Below, one piece after another: positions 26,054-30,466 of a stretch of DNA of 30,466 bases (the first letter of the stretch is position 1; every line of letters begins with the position of its first letter). The position numbers and the translations under genes are program-made. The notes beneath the pieces were generated by a model. The model saw only the letters and a program-made list of their open reading frames with translations. It did not search any database and had not been told where the DNA came from. Source of the DNA: an uncultured archaeon (GTDB lineage Archaea > Nanohalarchaeota > Nanosalinia > Nanosalinales > Nanosalinaceae); contig CAZKLW010000001.1 in NCBI GenBank assembly GCA_964553995.1, forward strand, positions 6,023 through 36,488, in the 5' to 3' direction.

Positions 26054-26572
26054 TCAGGCCTCGTGGAAACGACCGGAGTAGCCCTGCTCAGTCTCCTCCA
26101 TCCGTATGAAAACTATCTGGTTGAGGCGTGCATTCTCCTTTATCTCTATACCCTCGGGATTCTGGACGTCAAGCATGAACTCTCCTCTACCCGTATAACC
26201 CGAGTCCCAGACCGCGTTTTCGATCGTGGCCCCCATCCTGAGAAGCGAGGAACGGGGAAACGCAATACCCATGATATCGTTGGGAATGTCAACTTTCTCG
26301 TTCATCACCACCTTGTAGACCCCGGGATCAAGAGACCACCAGCCGTAGTCATCCCCGGGATCTTTTTTCTCCGGTTCGATTGCCGTAGATTCCGGAATCT
26401 CCCGCTCCGAGTTGGAGAAATCCAGCTTTCCCGTTCCGTTGTAACGGTGTATCTCTCCCGCGGTTAAATCGAAGCCCTGGGGCTGGATCTGGGTCTCAAG
26501 ATGCGGGTAATCTTGGATCAGGCTGTTTTTCTTGATCTCACGTTCCAGTTCCTCACGGTTCAGCACAGTCAT
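26054..26572 (-). CDS. dut: Trimeric dUTPase (dCTP deaminase/dUTPase superfamily)
   Basis: QIQPQGFDLT, FPRSSLLRMG, WDSGYTG and ARLNQIVF. It lacks the DPG..G.ITLE glutamate of dCTP deaminases. Confidence 0.8.
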   Translation of the reverse strand: MTVLNREELEREIKKNSLIQDYPHLETQIQPQGFDLTAGEIHRYNGTGKLDFSNSEREIPESTAIEPEKKDPGDDYGWWSLDPGVYKVVMNEKVDIPNDIMGIAFPRSSLLRMGATIENAVWDSGYTGRGEFMLDVQNPEGIEIKENARLNQIVFIRMEETEQGYSGRFHEA

Positions 26573-26652
26573 ACTTATCGGAGCCCACCTGAACTTTAAA
26601 CAGGTAGGGCAAAGGATTAAGAAGCCTTAGATGCCTAGACAATTCAGGAACC

Positions 26653-28815
26653 ATGAAACGCCTTGCTTTTGTTGGAATAATTCTGTTAGTCCTCGCAAGT
26701 TTCGCCGCTGCACAGGAAACAGGAGAAAACGTCGATAAAGTTATACTTGCATCAACAGCCAACTTTCCGGATGCCATGATATCTGCGGCGCCGGCCAACA
26801 AGCTCGGAATACCGGTGCTTCTCACGGATAAAGATGAAATGTCGGCCTCGACGGAAAACGCTCTTTCAAACATGAATCCTGACGAAGTAGTGATGGTGGG
26901 AGGCCCAGCAGTAGTATCCGAGGAAGTGGTCAACAACCAGGTCGCGTCCACCGTTGACTCGGTGACAAGGCTCTGGGGTATGACACAGGTCGGAACATCG
27001 ATAGAAGTCGCCGACTACTTCTGGAGCGAGGGAAACGACGAGGCAGTCATCGTCCAGTACCCTCAGGACTCAAAGGAGGGTTACAGGCTGCTCGGAGCTG
27101 TAAAAAACGATTTTGACAACGAAGAAAAACCGATACTGATATCCAAGGAGGGAACACTCTCCTCCACAGTTATCTCCGCGGTTGAACGACTCGGAGCGGA
27201 AGAAGTAGAGGTATACTCCACAGAAGCCGTCAACGTCACACAGGATCTGGAATCCGTAGGTGTACAGGAAGTTGATCTCGAGGAGGCGGAACTACAGGAG
27301 CTCACCGAGAGAGTGGAAAATAGAACGGCGGAAGACCTGGAAAATGAAGAACAGGCAAATCGTACGCTGGTAATTGTGGCGGCGGCAAACTTCCGTCACG
27401 CCATCTCTGCGCCAGCGGTGCCGAACTCCAATTCTTTCGTGGTAGGCGGCAACGAGCAGATAACGGAGGCCGTTGAACTTGCGCGGGACACCGAAGCCGA
27501 GAGGATCTTTGTCACAGGGAAACCAGATCTCGCGCAGCAGATAGCGGATCGTATAGAGTCGGAGACCAACAGATCCGTGGATAGAGTATCCGGAGAAAAC
27601 GCTGCAGAAAACGCTGCAGACATCGCAAACAGAAACCGTGAGGAATGGAGAAACCTCCAGCAGGAAAGATACTCCAGCTGGAAGGAGAAAGTTAATTCGG
27701 CTCCAGGAATACAGAAAGCGGCCAACAGGACCCTTGAAAAGGCGGATACCGAAATAGACGGGAACTCTTCCCAGGAAGCCGGGAACCTTCTTGAACAGGC
27801 TCAACAGGCCTTCGACAGCGGCAACTACTTCCGCGCGAAGCAACTTGCAACAAGGGCGCTCTCTGGCGCCAATATTGACCAGTACCAGCGCATGGACCGT
27901 GAAGAAGTACAGGAAAGAATCCAGGAGGAACGGGAAGATTTCCACGAAGCATCTAGGGAACTGAAAGAGCTTAACCAGGAGAAATCACAGGAGCTCAGAA
28001 ACGCAGAGTCGATGGAGGAAAGACTCGAGATAATCCAAGAGTTCCGCAGAGAACACGAGAAGACAGTCCAGGAACTCCGGAAAGAGGAGAGAGAAAAGAA
28101 AGAGAGAAACCGGAATACGGGTGAAAGATTTGAACAGAATCCCGGTGATTCCGCAGATGTAGGCACCTCCGAACTGAAACTGGAGACTGAGAACAACGAG
28201 CTCAAGGCAGAGGCCAGGTACACCGCCTCTAAATCAGGTTACACCCGCGACATAAATGTCCAGCAGGGCGAAGACCAGGTAACCATCGACTTCAGTCTAG
28301 AGTCTCCTGAAGGACCGGCAGCACAGATGATAACCGAGTACCGATTAGAGAAGCGGCTGGAACTCGGGAACGGCAGTTACAGCATCGATGTGGCTTTGGA
28401 CGTCGACGGAGAGGAAAAAGCCTCATTAACGAGATCTATAGATATTCACTCGGCTTCAGAGTTCGACACGGAATCAGGCGATAGCGAAGAAAACGAGACT
28501 GAAGATGCCAGCGAGGACACTGTGAAATACACTGCAAACGGCTTCCAGCCGGAAACAGTTACAGTTGAACCAGGAGAAGAGGTTACCTGGAAAGACGAAG
28601 CCCCGGGAGATATGTGGGTGGCAGTAGATCAGCATCCTTCTCACACACAGTACGATGGAACAACAACGAACCAGCACTGCCCTGATCCTAACAACAGTGT
28701 CTTTGACCAGTGCACCTCGGGTAACGAGTACAGTTTCACGTTCGAAGAGCCGGGAACCTACAGTTACCACAATCATCTAGCATCCAGCGACACCGGAACT
28801 GTTGTAGTCGAGTAG
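26653..28815 (+). CDS. Secreted protein: signal peptide, cell-wall-binding-repeat-2-like region, coiled coil, Ig-like segment and C-terminal cupredoxin-like domain
   Basis: Signal MKRLAFVGIILLVLASFAAA; CWB2-like VILASTANFPDAMISAAPANKLGIPVLLT...VVMVGGPAVVSEEV; cupredoxin-like YTANGFQPETVTVEPGEEVTW...YSFTFEEPGTYSYHNHL...GTVVV. Confidence 0.8.
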   Translation: MKRLAFVGIILLVLASFAAAQETGENVDKVILASTANFPDAMISAAPANKLGIPVLLTDKDEMSASTENALSNMNPDEVVMVGGPAVVSEEVVNNQVASTVDSVTRLWGMTQVGTSIEVADYFWSEGNDEAVIVQYPQDSKEGYRLLGAVKNDFDNEEKPILISKEGTLSSTVISAVERLGAEEVEVYSTEAVNVTQDLESVGVQEVDLEEAELQELTERVENRTAEDLENEEQANRTLVIVAAANFRHAISAPAVPNSNSFVVGGNEQITEAVELARDTEAERIFVTGKPDLAQQIADRIESETNRSVDRVSGENAAENAADIANRNREEWRNLQQERYSSWKEKVNSAPGIQKAANRTLEKADTEIDGNSSQEAGNLLEQAQQAFDSGNYFRAKQLATRALSGANIDQYQRMDREEVQERIQEEREDFHEASRELKELNQEKSQELRNAESMEERLEIIQEFRREHEKTVQELRKEEREKKERNRNTGERFEQNPGDSADVGTSELKLETENNELKAEARYTASKSGYTRDINVQQGEDQVTIDFSLESPEGPAAQMITEYRLEKRLELGNGSYSIDVALDVDGEEKASLTRSIDIHSASEFDTESGDSEENETEDASEDTVKYTANGFQPETVTVEPGEEVTWKDEAPGDMWVAVDQHPSHTQYDGTTTNQHCPDPNNSVFDQCTSGNEYSFTFEEPGTYSYHNHLASSDTGTVVVE

Positions 28816-28857
28816 AGTATCAATAAAAAAGTAGTCGGGGAAGGAATCCACGTAGAG

Positions 28858-30168
28858 ATGATGGAAAGAACCTATACACATGATATAACTCCAGAAGATG
28901 ATGGAGAGACTGTTTCTGTAGCTGGCTGGGCCCACGAGGTACGTGACCTTGGAGGACTTACCTTTGTGATCCTTAGAGATCGCGAGGGCCAGATTCAGCT
29001 GACCTTCAAAGAAGACGACAACGAGAAACTTTTCGAGAAGGCGCAGGATATAGGCAAGGAGGATGTTATACACGCTACCGGTACCGTTGAATCCAATGAC
29101 CAGGCCCCGGGCGACAGGGAGATCAAGCCTGGATCCTTCGAGATAATTGGGGAGGCGGAATCTCCTCTACCCATGGACGTATCCAAGAATATAGAATCCG
29201 ACCTAGCCACGCGGCTCGATAACCGGTTCATGGATCTGAGGAGGCCGGAAATACATTCAATCTTCTCGCTTCGCTCACACATTATCCAGGCAATGGAGGA
29301 ATGGTTTGACAGGAACGACTACATAAATATCCAGACGCCCACGATAGCCAAGATGGGTGCAGAGGGCGGAGCAGAACTCTTTCCCGTCATATATTACGAC
29401 AAGGAGGCCTATCTATCCCAGTCACCGCAGCTCTACAAGCAGATGCTGATGGCGGCTGGATTCGACAAGGTTTACGAGACGGGTACCGCGTTCCGGGCCG
29501 AAGAGTTCGCGACCTCGAGACATATCTCGGAGATCTCGATGTTTGACGTCGAACTAGCATTTATCGACGACCAGGATGACGTGATGGACGTTCTCGAAGA
29601 ATCGCTCAGGTACACTCTTGAAGAGGTACAAAAGAGAGCGGTGGATGACCTCGATATCCTCGGCGTCGAGATAGAAGTTCCCGAGGAAGATTTCCCGAGG
29701 ATAAGCTTCGAGCAGGCCCGCAAGATCCTTGAAGAAGAGTTTGACCATGTTCCCGAAGACGAGAACGATCTCGATACCAGGGGAGAGAAACTGCTGGGAG
29801 AATACTTCGAGGAGAAAGGTCATCCCGCGTTCTTCGTAGTTGGCTATCCAGAAGAAAAGTTCTACTACATGGAGGCCCGGGAAGACGATGAGTACCAGTC
29901 CCGGCGGTTCGACCTGATCTACCGCGGCCTTGAACTCGCCTCGGGAGGCCAGAGAGAGCACGACCTTGAACGCCTGATGAACGCCATAGAGGACGAAGGT
30001 ATCGATCCTGAAGAACTCTCCTTCTACCTGGAATCTTTCAAGTTCGGGATGCCGCCCCACGGCGGCTACGGACTCGGGATCGACCGTCTCGTGAAACAGG
30101 TCGCGGGGCTGGACAACGTCAAGGAGGCCATACTTTTCCCCAGAGACCCTAACAGGCTGACGCCATGA
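28858..30168 (+). CDS. aspS: Aspartyl-tRNA synthetase, archaeal type, probably non-discriminating
   Basis: GWAHEVRDLGG, TRLDNRFMDLR, YLSQSPQLYKQ, FRAEEF.T.RH and GMPPHGGYGLGIDR...FPRDP. Confidence 0.97.
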   Translation: MMERTYTHDITPEDDGETVSVAGWAHEVRDLGGLTFVILRDREGQIQLTFKEDDNEKLFEKAQDIGKEDVIHATGTVESNDQAPGDREIKPGSFEIIGEAESPLPMDVSKNIESDLATRLDNRFMDLRRPEIHSIFSLRSHIIQAMEEWFDRNDYINIQTPTIAKMGAEGGAELFPVIYYDKEAYLSQSPQLYKQMLMAAGFDKVYETGTAFRAEEFATSRHISEISMFDVELAFIDDQDDVMDVLEESLRYTLEEVQKRAVDDLDILGVEIEVPEEDFPRISFEQARKILEEEFDHVPEDENDLDTRGEKLLGEYFEEKGHPAFFVVGYPEEKFYYMEAREDDEYQSRRFDLIYRGLELASGGQREHDLERLMNAIEDEGIDPEELSFYLESFKFGMPPHGGYGLGIDRLVKQVAGLDNVKEAILFPRDPNRLTP

Positions 30169-30466
30169 AAATAATAGAGGAGTTCACGGAGTTCCTGGAA
30201 GATTACAGGGTTATAGGTCTGGCTGTAGCCTTTATTATAGGTCTCGCGGTGAATGACTTGGTGAAGGCGACTGTAGACGACCTATTCATGCCGGTGATCG
30301 GTATCTTCCTTACCGGGAGTTCATGGGAAACCGCCGAACTGGCATTGCTTGGTGCGCAGTTCAGGATCGGCCATTTCATGGAGCCTTACTCGATTTCGTC
30401 ATAATCGCTTTCCTGCTGTTCGTCTTTGTCAGGTATGTTCTGAAGAAGCAGGATATCAAGAAGTAG
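30165..30466 (+). pseudogene. mscL: MscL large-conductance mechanosensitive channel with a 1-nt frameshift near 30381
   Basis: TM1 is EFLEDYRVIGLAVAFIIGLAVNDLVKATVDDLFMPVI. After IGHFM the TM2 (ALLDFVIIAFLLFVFVRYVLKKQDIKK*) continues in another frame to TAG at 30464-30466. Confidence 0.85.

Noticed and set aside
26587-26605. ACCTG/CAGGT inverted repeat around the TATA between the divergent dut and surface-protein genes
   Set aside because: A 5-bp arm is too short to distinguish from chance.
27595-27618. 12-nt tandem repeat GAAAACGCTGCA x2 (ENAAENAA)
   Set aside because: Only two copies, in frame, so a trivial local duplication.
1152-30060. The many antisense or alternative-frame ORFs in the track (Ser-rich, for example 261-611, 8584-9168, 27292-27945, 29554-30060)
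   Set aside because: They are mirrors of acidic GAA/GAG-rich sense genes and show no motifs.
1-30466. CRISPR array, integrase or transposase
   Set aside because: No regularly spaced repeats and no recombinase or transposase motifs were seen. The repeats found are isolated pairs or dispersed hairpins.

Overview
Core informational region of an archaeon with a strongly acidic proteome. Gene content and style (split RpoB and RpoA, no rpl30e, compact genes) fit a halophilic DPANN lineage such as Nanohaloarchaeota; this is an inference. The backbone is the rpoH-rpoB''-rpoB'-rpoA'-rpoA''-nusA-rps12-rps7-EF2-EF1a-rps10-tRNA-Ser cluster, followed by tRNA-Gln, rps13-rps4-rps11-rpoD and tRNA-Leu. Flanking genes encode a TFB-like protein, an AsnB-Dph6 fusion, NucS, UPF0058, RadC, dUTPase, a CWB2/cupredoxin surface protein, AspRS and a frameshifted MscL. 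Main observations: (1) a glutamine amidotransferase (AsnB-like) fused to diphthine-ammonia ligase, with altered synthetase catalytic residues, in the same window as EF-2; (2) a toxin-antitoxin cassette inserted at the EF-2 3' end and flanked by a 22/23-nt duplication of that end; (3) a family of GAA...TTC palindromes that occurs inside two long tRNA introns and in tRNA flanks; (4) partial duplications of the 3' ends of both intron-containing tRNAs; (5) rpoB'' apparently starting at ATT behind a strong Shine-Dalgarno; (6) accessory genes (ABC1 kinase, parvulin, orphans) inserted at most junctions of the superoperon. All assignments come from motif recognition by eye; no searches were run.
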